Counted from the first letter of the stretch, positions 30,086 to 40,489 are shown. The stretch is DNA of 64,000 bases from Limnothrix sp. BL-A-16 (GCA_041937175.2 CP166615.1:4000001-4064000); one strand, 5' to 3'. Made by a program: numbers and translations. The notes: generated by a model not told the origin, from the letters alone.

Positions 30086-31300
30086 TTAGACCTGAATGAG
30101 TTCTTGTCGGTTAAGGTCAAGGGACAAGCCAAAGGATTGGGGCCCACCCACCTGCTCGATCGCTTGTCGGACAAAGCGCTCATCTACCAAATCCTGTGCA
30201 ATGGCTTGGGGATCGAGGTTGCGCAGAAATTCAATTTCGCCTGTGATCAGCGTCGATTGAAGCGATCGCACCAAGGCTGTTGTATAGGATGGAAAAGGAT
30301 AGGGCTGGAATGCGATGCGTTGTGATCGCCATTCCGGATGTTTAATTACCCCTTGAATTCGGTAAAACTCTGAATCAGAATAGGTCAGAACACGATCCAA
30401 AATGGACACTGGATAGGGCATATAATTTCCCCCATCCCGAGAGAGCAAATAGGCTAATTCAGATCGATTAATTTGAGACCATTGTTGTGCTTGAATAATC
30501 GCATTCACCACTCGTTGAGTCCATTGGGAATGTTGCCTAACGTCCGCTTCATGCATCAACACCACACAGCAAGCATGATCTTTCCAAACATCTCCTGTTA
30601 GACGTAATAATTTGCCTATGTGTGTCAATTCTGCCGCTGCATTATGGGGTTCCGCCACGATATAACCCGCTATTTTTCGAGCCTTGAGAGCTGCGACCAT
30701 GTCCGGTGGCGGCAACACTTGCAACGCCACTTCCCGATCGCCCAATTTGCGAGGTTCCGTCCCATGAACCGGCTGCAATCCGTGATCTCGCAACAGAATT
30801 TGCAAAATGACATTGTGCAAGGAATACCAAGAGGGAACGGCGAGCGATCGTCCGGCTAAATCTTGAACCTGATTGATTTCCGGCAAAACCGTGATTGCAG
30901 AACCGTTCGTGTGGTTCCAAGCCATCACTTTGGCGGGAAATTTCAGGCCATAACGCATCCAAATGGCCGTAGGCATCAGGATATGAATCAGGTTGACCTC
31001 CCGCTTCATAAACGCTTGGGCGATCGCATCCCACGATCGATAGCGTTGGATGGGGGCAACGTCTAAATCCTCATGGGCATAAAAGCCTTTTTCCTGGGCT
31101 GCTAATAGGGGTGAAGCGTCGGTGATGGGTAAGTAACCAATTTTGAGGCGGGGTTCTTGGGTGCCCAAGGCCCGATCGAGCCATCCAGTTTGACATCCAC
31201 CCAAAGCACTGGCCAATCCTGTGGAGGTTGCAAATAAACCAGTTAAGTGGAGCCACTGACGGCGGGTTAATGGTTGAGTCCAAGAATCAGGAATAGCCAT
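30086..31300 (-). CDS. NrtA/CmpA-like ABC substrate-binding protein, Tat-type lipoprotein
   Basis: TRRQWL, ALGGC, KIGYLPITDASPL, YIVAEP, HACCV. Confidence 0.88.
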   Translation of the reverse strand: MAIPDSWTQPLTRRQWLHLTGLFATSTGLASALGGCQTGWLDRALGTQEPRLKIGYLPITDASPLLAAQEKGFYAHEDLDVAPIQRYRSWDAIAQAFMKREVNLIHILMPTAIWMRYGLKFPAKVMAWNHTNGSAITVLPEINQVQDLAGRSLAVPSWYSLHNVILQILLRDHGLQPVHGTEPRKLGDREVALQVLPPPDMVAALKARKIAGYIVAEPHNAAAELTHIGKLLRLTGDVWKDHACCVVLMHEADVRQHSQWTQRVVNAIIQAQQWSQINRSELAYLLSRDGGNYMPYPVSILDRVLTYSDSEFYRIQGVIKHPEWRSQRIAFQPYPFPSYTTALVRSLQSTLITGEIEFLRNLDPQAIAQDLVDERFVRQAIEQVGGPQSFGLSLDLNRQELIQV

Positions 31301-31391
31301 GCAAATGGACGAATTTGAAGGAAAAGCAAAGACGCGGTGATTGAATCAAGCCATCGGGGCCAATGGCTCAGAAGTCTTGCTGAGAACTATG

Positions 31392-31446
31392 GTTGAGCAA
31401 TGGGGTTGAGCAATAAGGCTGAGCAATGGGGTTGAGCAATAAGGCT
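31392..31446. repeat. Compound tandem repeat with TGAGCAAT core (x4)
   Basis: Read directly upstream of the substrate-binding protein gene. Confidence 0.8.
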
Positions 31447-32118
31447 CAGAGAGGTGGCTGAGAAATAGGGTTAAAAATCTCATCAACTTCATTCTGAAAA
31501 CTGACCCTTGGACCAAGTTGTCTAGCCTAGTAACCATTATCACTTTCCAAACCCTATTATTCGAGGCAAGATCTCAATGCTTCCCAGTTACTTCCCGGTT
31601 ACTTCCCAAAAATGGGTCAAGAAATGCTGATCATCGCGGCAGGCGCAAAATGCTAATGACGGGTGTTGATGTTCATTCTTGAGGTTCAGGGCTGATATCT
31701 GAATAGGTGTTCAGGAAATAATTAAAACGTCAATGAATAACAGGTTGGATATCAGGCGCAATATCAGGCGCGATATCAGGTGTGATATCAATCCTGGTAT
31801 CCATACTGACTTGTGAACTGGAAGATGGGCTGAAATATCGTAAATTTGCAATATATAGGGCTGAAATCAGGGAATTTTTCAGGCTGATAAAAGTTTTCTG
31901 AGATTTTTGATGGACAGGTGAAATCGTCAGGATCGGCGGCTCTCGAATCATCAAGCCCCAAAAAGTGGATGGGTGCTCCATGAATCGGGATCCAAAATGG
32001 TGCTCGCGAGATCTCCCGGCGGGTATTGGTCGATGCGCCTTGGTTGAAAGACCAGCGCGACTTGTATGTTTGTTAGTATTCTTGAGCGCTTACTCGCAAA
32101 ACAGTATCGGGTCTGATT

Positions 32119-33828
32119 TTGAGCTTGTCGCCTTCCCAACTTCCAGTTTCCTGGTCTTCGGCTGACCTTGATCCGCAGCCAGCGGCCCTGGCCAGGGTGG
32201 CTGAGTTGCGATCGGCTCTGCGCCAGCAACCGATCGGGCCAGAAGCAGCGGTGTGTTATGGCCAGTTGGGGGCAGCGCTGGCAATGTTGGGGCGACGAGT
32301 GCCGGCCCTGTGGGCGTTTTTGCATCAGGCTCTTTGTGCCGGTTGGGACGATGCGGACTTGGCCTACCAGGAATATCATCTGCTGCCGACCTGCGCGATC
32401 GAGCAGCAAGCCCACGCCCATCACCAACTGGCCCTGTGGCTGCGCGATCAGGGCTGTTGGTTGGGGGCCCGAGTGGCCCTGGAGGAGGCGATCGCCCTCA
32501 ATCCAGACGCACCGACCACTTGGACGGCCCTAGGCGATTGGTGGCGAGACTGTCCCGACCCGGCCTTGGAACCGGAGCGGGTCGATCGGGCCTTGGCGGC
32601 CTATCTCCAGGCCTTGTATCGCAACCCCACCTACCGCCGACCCTACGATCACTTGTTTCGGTTGCTCCAACGGGCGGGCCGTTTTGAGGATGCCCTGTCC
32701 TGTGGGCGCAAGTGGGTTCCGCGTTCCCTGGTGTTGGCCGATCGCCAGCAAGTTCCCCCGGAATTACCCGCCGCCACCTTGGACTATTGCCCGATTGACC
32801 CGGCCGATCGGGTGCAGCTCAGGGCCTCCCGATCGCCCCTCGGAGAGCCGCCCCATCCCGACCTTTGCGCCACTGAATACGAAGTCGATCCCACCTTTGT
32901 GGTCACCCTGCCCCAGGGCCGGGCCTGGACGGATCATTACACCAGCGCCATTTTTACCGAAACGGGCGCATTGGTTCAGGAACTCTCCCTCGGCAGCGCG
33001 GAGTTGGTGGCCCTGTCGGAGCAATTGCCGCCGCCGCGTCGGGTTGCGGGAACCGTCGCCCTGTTGTCGGTGGCGGGGGGGTCAATGTTTTGTCACTGGT
33101 TGCTAAATCTCCTGTCGCGGTTGCGGCTGCTGGCCGATGCGGGCTGGACGTTGGATCAGTTTGACTATGTGGCGGTGAATGAGCAGGAATATCGCTACCA
33201 AACGGAAACCCTCGAACTGTTGGGCATTTCGCCCCAAAAGCTGATTATTAGCAATCCAGACGATCGCCATATTGTGGCCGATCGGTTGGTGGTGCCCTCG
33301 CGGGTCGATCGCGCCACGCCCTGGATTTGCGACACCCTGCGGCAACTGTTTTTGCGACCCGCCATTATTCAGTCCATGGCCCCGCACGATCGGCTCTACA
33401 TCAGTCGTGACTGGGCCAAATATCGCCGCGTTGTGGACGATCGCCAACTCAGTGATTGGCTGGTGCGTCAGCATGGGTTCAAAATCGTGCTGCTGGAAAG
33501 TCTGTCCTTTGCCCAACAGGTTTCCCTTTTAGCCCAAGCCAAGGTGGTGATTGCGCCCCATGGAGCCGGCCTCACCAACCTGGTTTTTTGCCAACCGGGC
33601 ACGATCGTCCTGGAACTGTTTTCGCCGCGCTATGTGCCCAGCTACTTTTGGGAAATTGCCGACCTGATTGGCCTCGCGCACTATCACCTGGTGGGTGAAC
33701 CCCTAGATCACTATCCCGATCCGGAGGCGATTTTGAACTATCGCTTCTCGGATCCCGGGGCGGATGGGATTTGGATTCCGTTCGATCGCTTCCAAACGGC
33801 CGTCAACCATTTGCTGACTCAGGGGTAA
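32119..33828 (+). CDS. TPR-containing glycosyltransferase family 61
   Basis: TPR-like helices; FCHWL, RLYISR, SFAQQVSL, PHGAGLTNLVFC. Confidence 0.85.
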   Translation: MSLSPSQLPVSWSSADLDPQPAALARVAELRSALRQQPIGPEAAVCYGQLGAALAMLGRRVPALWAFLHQALCAGWDDADLAYQEYHLLPTCAIEQQAHAHHQLALWLRDQGCWLGARVALEEAIALNPDAPTTWTALGDWWRDCPDPALEPERVDRALAAYLQALYRNPTYRRPYDHLFRLLQRAGRFEDALSCGRKWVPRSLVLADRQQVPPELPAATLDYCPIDPADRVQLRASRSPLGEPPHPDLCATEYEVDPTFVVTLPQGRAWTDHYTSAIFTETGALVQELSLGSAELVALSEQLPPPRRVAGTVALLSVAGGSMFCHWLLNLLSRLRLLADAGWTLDQFDYVAVNEQEYRYQTETLELLGISPQKLIISNPDDRHIVADRLVVPSRVDRATPWICDTLRQLFLRPAIIQSMAPHDRLYISRDWAKYRRVVDDRQLSDWLVRQHGFKIVLLESLSFAQQVSLLAQAKVVIAPHGAGLTNLVFCQPGTIVLELFSPRYVPSYFWEIADLIGLAHYHLVGEPLDHYPDPEAILNYRFSDPGADGIWIPFDRFQTAVNHLLTQG

Positions 33829-33961
33829 CCCAGGGCTAACCCAACGCAAATCCAGAACTGCTCGATCGCTCCAATTTCCTGCCGTTCTGCTGCCTTTCCC
33901 CTCCTTCCTCAGCAAGCCTGCTCCCCCGATCGGGTGCGTCCGGTTGTTGACTGCGATACTT

Positions 33962-33980
33962 TTTGAAAGTCATTTGCATT
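33962..33980. promoter_or_regulatory. Fur-box-like site upstream of the AraC gene
   Basis: TTTGAAAGTCATTTGCATT, AT-rich imperfect inverted repeat ahead of the iron cluster. Confidence 0.5.
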
Positions 33981-34062
33981 TAAAATAAATGCCAACTTTT
34001 GAAACTGCTAGCAATTCCTAATAATTCCATTCCTAAATTTCACCAAAAATCACTTATCTGAC

Positions 34063-34695
34063 ATGGCTCCTGGCATCTCTGACGGTGACTGGCGGGACTT
34101 GTGGCAAGCCAGCCGCCAGATGGCCCACCCCTTCAATCCCCAAAATTCCCCCGATTTCCAAGATTCCCCCGATTCCACCGATCCATTGACCCTAATCACG
34201 CCTGCGATGCAAGTGGTGCTGCAACAGATGCTCCATTGCCCCCATCACGGCGCGATGAGGCAGATGTATTTGGAAAGTAAGTTCGTGGAACTGTTGACCC
34301 TGTGGTTAGCTCAAGTGGAAGACCAAGGGGGAGCTGATCGACCCATCGCCGATCGCTCGCTGCCCATGAAGGGATCTGACCTCGATCGGATCTATCAGGC
34401 GCGGGATATTTTGCTGCAACGGTTCCAGACTCCCCCGTCCTTGACGGATTTGGCGCGACAGGTGGGGCTAAATGACTGCACCCTGAAGCGGCAGTTTAAG
34501 CAGGTGTTTGGCAAAACCGTCTTTGGCTATTTACACGATTACCGAATGGAGCAAGCCCGCCGCTGGTTGCTCGATCGCCAGTGGTCTGTGACGGAAGTGG
34601 CCCGGCGAGTGGGCTACACCAACCTTTGCGCTTTCAGTACGGCATTTCGCAAAAAATTTGGCCTCAGTCCCCGATCGTTCCAGCGACAAGGCTGA
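34063..34695 (+). CDS. AraC-family (PchR-like) regulator, short form
   Basis: YLESKFVELL, PPSLTDLARQVGLN, FKQVFG, VGYTNLCAFSTAFRKKFG. Confidence 0.88.
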   Translation: MAPGISDGDWRDLWQASRQMAHPFNPQNSPDFQDSPDSTDPLTLITPAMQVVLQQMLHCPHHGAMRQMYLESKFVELLTLWLAQVEDQGGADRPIADRSLPMKGSDLDRIYQARDILLQRFQTPPSLTDLARQVGLNDCTLKRQFKQVFGKTVFGYLHDYRMEQARRWLLDRQWSVTEVARRVGYTNLCAFSTAFRKKFGLSPRSFQRQG

Positions 34696-34769
34696 AACTG
34701 ACGGCCGGCCGAGGCTCAAGGGGCGATCAAGGGACTACTGCGCGATCGTCCCCTGGCCCCAATTTCACT

Positions 34770-34804
34770 AAAAATTCCGTTTCGCCAAAGAAAAATTCCG
34801 TTTC
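34770..34804 (+). promoter_or_regulatory. Direct repeat AAAAATTCCGTTTC x2, 21-bp period (putative AraC operator)
   Basis: Copies at 34770-34783 and 34791-34804, between araC and exbB. Confidence 0.6.
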
Positions 34805-34862
34805 AGCAAACTTTTGTTCCCCATTTTCGGGGAATGACACCGTAAGATCATCTCGCCAATTA

Positions 34863-34881
34863 ATTGAAAGTAGTTCTCAAC
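34863..34881. promoter_or_regulatory. Fur-box-like site upstream of exbB
   Basis: ATTGAAAGTAGTTCTCAAC (TTGA...TCAA inverted repeat). Confidence 0.6.
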
Positions 34882-35264
34882 TGAGAGGCTCGGCGGTGGC
34901 GCTCCACCGTCGTGTTGGCTGGCGCGAGGGGATTGGTGTGGCTCGTGGATTTAAATTTGATGGCTGGCAAACCCGTGATCAAGGGCGCTTGAACAGTAAA
35001 AATATCAGCTCAGAATAAAAAACGTCTGAAGCCTCAAGCTTGATCTATTTGCCTCCAGCCACCGTAACCAACAAGAACCAGCAAGAAACTTGAACTCTTT
35101 GTTTTCATTGCTGTTTTGGTTTGACGAACATTTCAGAATAAATTTTTGAAAAATCTCCTTGAAAACTGAAAATGAACAATTCATTGACGAGCATTAAATG
35201 AGCATTTATTGGCATTTTTTGCAAAATTTGCAGGCAATTTGTTGACAAGGTGGGTGAAGGCACA

Positions 35265-35939
35265 ATGCAGAAACTGGGTGAAATTTTGGTGGCAGCGGGA
35301 GCAGTTGCGGTTCCCCTCACGTTGTTTTCAGTGTTGGCGATCGCCCTGATCATCGAGCGAGTGGTTTTTTGGTTTCGAGTTAATCGACGACAAACCAAAG
35401 CCATTCGGGAAGTGTTGGATCTCTATGAATTTGATCCATTGCTAGCGGTTGAAAAACTCAAGCGAAATGTGGATTTACCTCTGGGGCGAATTTTCCTGGC
35501 GGCAGCATCCTTAGAAGAAGCGGAACCCGATGAAATTGCCCTGGCGATCGATGGGGCTACTCAGGCAGAAATTCCCGTTTTAAAACGCTTTAACAACATC
35601 TTCGACACCATCATCACGCTCTCCCCCTTGTTGGGATTGCTGGGAACCGTGTTGGGGCTAATTCAATCCTTTAGCTCCCTGAATTTAGGTGATGTGGGCG
35701 GTGCAAAGACCACCGCTGTGACTTCCGGGATTAGTGAAGCCTTGGTTTCTACGGCTTTTGGGTTGGTGGTGGCACTGTTTACGCTGTTTTTTGCCAATAC
35801 CTTTCGAGGGTTTTACCTACGGCAAATTGCCCTGATTCAAGAATATTCGGCGGAACTGGAACTCCGGCATCGGCGCTATTGGAAAAAAATGCGACTCAAA
35901 CAAACCGAGGAGACACCCTATGCGCAGACGAAGTATTGA
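35265..35939 (+). CDS. exbB: MotA/TolQ/ExbB proton channel
   Basis: SPLLGLLGTVLGLIQSF, GISEALVSTAFGLVVA. Confidence 0.93.
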   Translation: MQKLGEILVAAGAVAVPLTLFSVLAIALIIERVVFWFRVNRRQTKAIREVLDLYEFDPLLAVEKLKRNVDLPLGRIFLAAASLEEAEPDEIALAIDGATQAEIPVLKRFNNIFDTIITLSPLLGLLGTVLGLIQSFSSLNLGDVGGAKTTAVTSGISEALVSTAFGLVVALFTLFFANTFRGFYLRQIALIQEYSAELELRHRRYWKKMRLKQTEETPYAQTKY

Positions 35940-36336
35940 AGAACCGGATTTGCCACCTCGGATTGAAATTGTGCCGATGATCGATGTGATCTTCGCCATC
36001 TTGACCTTTTTTATTATGTCTACGCTCTTTTTGGGGCGGTTTGAAGGGTTGGCGGTGAACTTGCCGAAAGCCCAATCCGCTAAACCTCAAAAGGTGATTC
36101 GAGCCACGGTGACACTCGATCCCCAAGGTGGTTTATTTCTGAACAAAACCCCCGTGGCGATCGAGTCTTTGACCAACGCGATTCGAGGACTTCAGCAATC
36201 GGGACAGGATTTAACGATCGTCCTGAATGCGGATGGTTCGGTGACCCACGATCGCGTGGTGGCGGTGATGGATCGGGTGCGCCAAGTGGAGGGGGCCAAA
36301 CTGGCGATCGCCACCCAAAAAATCACTCCGCCTTAA
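35920..36336 (+). CDS. exbD: ExbD biopolymer transport protein
   Basis: IVPMIDVIFAILTFF, VNLP, NAD..V.H..VVAVMD. Confidence 0.93.
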   Translation: MRRRSIEEPDLPPRIEIVPMIDVIFAILTFFIMSTLFLGRFEGLAVNLPKAQSAKPQKVIRATVTLDPQGGLFLNKTPVAIESLTNAIRGLQQSGQDLTIVLNADGSVTHDRVVAVMDRVRQVEGAKLAIATQKITPP

Positions 36337-36386
36337 GGGATTGCTTACCTATTTTTGCCCGATCGCTCGATGGTTTAAATCCGCCT

Positions 36387-37832
36387 ATGGACAGCTCACA
36401 ACTGATTGGTCAGCAGCGCCAAAAAGAATCTCGGTGGCTGCAACGGTTTCTGTTAGGTAGCCTTTGCGGGTCGGCGGCGCTGCATGGTTTGGCTTGGGGC
36501 TGGCAGGTGCAGGATTTGTGGGGCGATCGCCCGGTCAGTGACGACACCGAAATGGAAGTGACCATTTCCAACGTCACGCCCGACCAACCGCCGGAACCTC
36601 TCGCCCCACCGCCCAAAACCCAGGTGCCCCAACCCGTCCAGCGCGATCGGGTTCCTTTGGCTCCCCAAAGTCAGGCTCCTTTGAAAGCCGGTGAAGACGC
36701 ACCCACCCGCAGCCCCAACCCCACAGCCGATCGCGACCCGATCGCCCCCGGCACTAGTCCCACGGGGGATGCACCGGCCCTGGCGACGGGCACCGGCCCG
36801 ATTAGCGACCCCAATGGTACGGGGGACGGATTTGGCAATGCCAGCCAAGCCACCGGATTCACCCCGGGCGCACCGACCGGCGATCCCGAAGGCACGGGGT
36901 CGAGCGATGGGGAACCGGCTGGCACCTTGGAGGGGCCGCCCGTGGCCAGCCCGCCCCCGAGTCCGCCGCCCGCGCGATCGCCCGGCCAGCCCCAATGTGT
37001 GAGCTGTCCCCTGCCGCGCTATCGGGGTACGGAAGCCAGTCCCCGCGTGGATTTGCGAATTCGACCCGATGGCAGCGTAGAGGTGCGGTTGCGCCAATCC
37101 AGCGGTAACCCCGAGGTCGATCGCGAAACCCTAGAAGCGATGCGGCAATGGCGCTTTGACCCGCAAACCGTGCCCGAGGGTGGCCTGCGCCGACCCATGC
37201 GCGTCACCTACGAAGAGGAGGGATCGCGGTTCCAGCGGGCCAACGAGGCGCGCCGTCGCGAGGAAGTGGAGCGCCGTCAGGCGGCGGAGCAGGCGGAACG
37301 GCAACGGGCCGCTGAACGCCCCGTGGAACAGCCCGTTACATCCACGGCCGATCGCCCCGTGGAACCCGCCGCCGATCGCCCCTCTGAACGCCCAACGGAA
37401 CGCCCCACCGAGCGCCCCACCGAGCAACCGGCCAGCCCCGCCCCAGCGGCCGCTTCCACGGGATCCGCCCCCGCTGCTCCGGCGAGCACTGACCGGGAAC
37501 CGCGCCCCAGTCGCCCCAGCGCGCCCAGCACCGCTAGCGATCCAAGTCCTAGCCGCCCGGCTCCAGAACCGGCGCGCCCCGCAGTGGTGGCCCCCGCCCG
37601 ATCGCCCGTGGCCCCAGCGGAGCCACCGGCCCGCAGTCCCGCCGCCGAGCCCCGGCCGCGCCAGTCCGCCGCAGTCCCCGGCCCACTCGATCGCCCCGGC
37701 CTCGGCGATCGCCCCGCCCGGCTCAAGCGGCCCCGGCTCCTCAGCCCGCGCCCGCCGCCCCGGCTGCGCCCAGCGCTCCGGAACCCGCCCCCGCCAGCAG
37801 TCCCGCCAACTAGATCGCTCGAACACCATTGA
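36387..37832 (+). CDS. tonB: TonB family energy transducer (possible frameshift in tail)
   Basis: TM with SxxxH (SAALH), Pro-rich linker, SSGNPEVDRETLEAMRQWRF. Confidence 0.8.
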   Translation: MDSSQLIGQQRQKESRWLQRFLLGSLCGSAALHGLAWGWQVQDLWGDRPVSDDTEMEVTISNVTPDQPPEPLAPPPKTQVPQPVQRDRVPLAPQSQAPLKAGEDAPTRSPNPTADRDPIAPGTSPTGDAPALATGTGPISDPNGTGDGFGNASQATGFTPGAPTGDPEGTGSSDGEPAGTLEGPPVASPPPSPPPARSPGQPQCVSCPLPRYRGTEASPRVDLRIRPDGSVEVRLRQSSGNPEVDRETLEAMRQWRFDPQTVPEGGLRRPMRVTYEEEGSRFQRANEARRREEVERRQAAEQAERQRAAERPVEQPVTSTADRPVEPAADRPSERPTERPTERPTEQPASPAPAAASTGSAPAAPASTDREPRPSRPSAPSTASDPSPSRPAPEPARPAVVAPARSPVAPAEPPARSPAAEPRPRQSAAVPGPLDRPGLGDRPARLKRPRLLSPRPPPRLRPALRNPPPPAVPPTRSLEHH

Positions 37833-37966
37833 TGTCCTGCCTCGGATCCGCCGTTACCTCGGCGTGATTCCCGATCGTGCTGCGCAAAATTCGGGCGCAA
37901 TGGTTCTGGCTGAAGGGTTTGTCTGTTTTGAATTTGCTGTTTTGAATTTGTTTTTAGGAAGCCCCC

Positions 37967-40489
37967 ATGAAGCCTGCATCTCCCCTGTCTCTGTCGGTTT
38001 TGGTGATGGCGATCGGCTTGTTGGCCGCTCCCGCTGGGGCTGAGTCTGTTCCCCCGGAGCCACTCGATCGATTCCGCAGCACCGCCCCCGCCACGTCGGT
38101 AGAGTCCTGGCTAGCCCAAGCCGATCGCCCGGCCACCGTCACTCGTGTGGTGGTCACAGCTCTGCCCGATGAGTTGGAAATTGCCCTAGAGACTCCAGCC
38201 GGTCAGTCCTTGCTGATTGATGCGAACCAGTTTCGAGCTGAAGGCAACCAACTGATCGCCGAGATCAACAACGCCAGCTTGGTGCTGCCGGAAGGGGCAG
38301 AGTTCAACCAAGCTGATCCCACTTCTGAAGTCGCTGCCGTGCGGGTTTGGCAGGTTGCACCCGATCGAATCCAAGTGGTGGTGACAGGTCGTAATGGTTT
38401 ACCCATTCAGGACGTGACCTTGGCCACGGGTGACTTGGCCTACAGCCTGAACGTGGATGCCAATGCACCCGAAGAAGAACTGGTCGTCACCGGGCAGCGA
38501 TCGCCCAGTTACCGGGTTCCCAATGCCTCCAGTGCCACTGGCACGGACACCCCAATTCTGGAAACGCCTTTCTCAGTGCAGGTGATTCCCCAAGCCGTCC
38601 TGCGCGATCAGCAAGTAATCAACATCGAAGATGCGTTGAACAACGTGAGTGGCGTGGCTTTTGCTGGGAGCAATGGCAGCCGGGAAGCCAGTTTCAGCAT
38701 TCGCGGATTCGGCAATCAATTTTCCACTGGAGCCCCTCTATTGCGCGATGGGTATCGCATTTATGGCGGCTTCCAAGCCATTCCCGAAGTGGCCAACCTG
38801 GAACAAATTGAAGTGTTGAAGGGGCCAGCTTCCATTTTGTATGGGCAAATTGAACCGGGTGGCATTATTAATCTGGTTTCCAAACAACCCTTGGATCAGC
38901 CTTTTTATGAAGCAGAATTCCAAGCTGGCAGTGATGAGCTAGTCCGTCCTCGAATTGACTTCAGCGGCCCCTTAACCAGCGATGGCAGTTTGCGCTATCG
39001 ACTGAATGCCCTTTATCAGCATCGATCACCTTTTCGGGACTTTGACACTGATATTAATCGATTCGCGATCGCCCCAGTCTTGGCTTGGAAAATCAGCGAT
39101 CAAACTGATTTGGCTCTCAATTTGGAATATATCCATCAAAAGGGGCCAGCAGACTTTGGAATTAGCCGATTTGGGGATGGTGTTGCGCCTGTTGATCGGG
39201 AATTTGTGATCAACAACCCCGATGACTCAATTACCACTGAATACTTGAATACCGGCTATCAATTTGAGCACCGCTTCAGTGATAACTGGAAAATTCGCAA
39301 TGGCTTCCGCTACATCAACTACACCTATGACTACAGCGTTATAGCCCTGCCGATTATCGTGAATGATGCGGAGATTACTCGCTTTTATGCTGATCAAGAT
39401 GGAGACGATCGCTCCTACACAGCCCAAACCAGTGTTATTGGGAACTTCAAAACGGGTTCCCTAGAACACGAAGCGACGATCGGCCTCGATCTCAACTACA
39501 GCGAGTTCGCAATTGAGACTTTGTTTGATACGGCTAATCCGAGCACGATCAATATTTTTAACCCGGAATATGAGCGAGTTCCCAAGCCCGATCGCTCAGA
39601 TTTGCCGTCTTTTCAAGACGATATTACGATATCCACTCGGTTAGGAATTTATCTGCAAGATCGTATCAAGCTAACTGATAACCTGTTGATCATCGCCGGG
39701 TTGCGTTACGACACGATCGACAGCAAAACCGATCAAAAATTGACCGATGAGAGCAGCAGCTTCAATGCGGATGCTTGGACACCTCGCCTCGGAATTTTAT
39801 ATCAACCAATCCCTGAATTAGCGCTCTTCGCCAGCTATTCCCAATCCTTTCGACCCACGACGGCCACCAGTTCCAGTGGTGCAATTTTGCCTCCGGAAGA
39901 GGGCGAAGGATTTGAAGTGGGTGTGAAGGCCGAATTGTTCGATCGTCGCCTGCTGGCCACCCTCACCTACTTCGACATTGCCAAGCAAAATGTTGCGGTT
40001 TCAGATCCCGCAAATCCTCTCTTTTCTGTGGCTTCCGGTGAACAACGTAACCGAGGAATTGAGCTGGATCTGATTGGGGAACCATTACCCGGCTGGAAAA
40101 TTTTGGGTTCCTATGCCTACATCGATGGGGAAGTTACTGAAGACACCGATGAAGCCTTAATTGGTAATCGGCCGGCTGGTTTGGCAAAGCATAAAGCCAC
40201 CCTCTGGACAAGCTATGAAATCCAGTCCGGTTCCTTCAAAGGATTGGGCTTTGGGGTGGGGTTTGAATATGCGAGCGATCGCTACGGAAGCTTAGCCAAT
40301 GACTATCGATTGGGTGATTATCTGATTGGTAATGCAGCAATTTTCTATCAGCGAGATAACTATCGCTTCGCTTTGAATTTCCGCAACTTCACCGATGAAA
40401 ACTACATCAAAGGGGCCACTGGAAACGAAGGCGGTATTGAAGTGGGTTCACCCTTCACGGTCACAGGGTCAGCTTCAATTCGGTTCTAA
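37967..40489 (+). CDS. TonB-dependent siderophore receptor with AMIN-like N-terminus, copy 1
   Basis: EELVVTG TonB box, ETPFSVQV, IEVLKGPASILYG...PGGIINLVSK plug, C-terminal Phe. Confidence 0.95.
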   Translation: MKPASPLSLSVLVMAIGLLAAPAGAESVPPEPLDRFRSTAPATSVESWLAQADRPATVTRVVVTALPDELEIALETPAGQSLLIDANQFRAEGNQLIAEINNASLVLPEGAEFNQADPTSEVAAVRVWQVAPDRIQVVVTGRNGLPIQDVTLATGDLAYSLNVDANAPEEELVVTGQRSPSYRVPNASSATGTDTPILETPFSVQVIPQAVLRDQQVINIEDALNNVSGVAFAGSNGSREASFSIRGFGNQFSTGAPLLRDGYRIYGGFQAIPEVANLEQIEVLKGPASILYGQIEPGGIINLVSKQPLDQPFYEAEFQAGSDELVRPRIDFSGPLTSDGSLRYRLNALYQHRSPFRDFDTDINRFAIAPVLAWKISDQTDLALNLEYIHQKGPADFGISRFGDGVAPVDREFVINNPDDSITTEYLNTGYQFEHRFSDNWKIRNGFRYINYTYDYSVIALPIIVNDAEITRFYADQDGDDRSYTAQTSVIGNFKTGSLEHEATIGLDLNYSEFAIETLFDTANPSTINIFNPEYERVPKPDRSDLPSFQDDITISTRLGIYLQDRIKLTDNLLIIAGLRYDTIDSKTDQKLTDESSSFNADAWTPRLGILYQPIPELALFASYSQSFRPTTATSSSGAILPPEEGEGFEVGVKAELFDRRLLATLTYFDIAKQNVAVSDPANPLFSVASGEQRNRGIELDLIGEPLPGWKILGSYAYIDGEVTEDTDEALIGNRPAGLAKHKATLWTSYEIQSGSFKGLGFGVGFEYASDRYGSLANDYRLGDYLIGNAAIFYQRDNYRFALNFRNFTDENYIKGATGNEGGIEVGSPFTVTGSASIRF

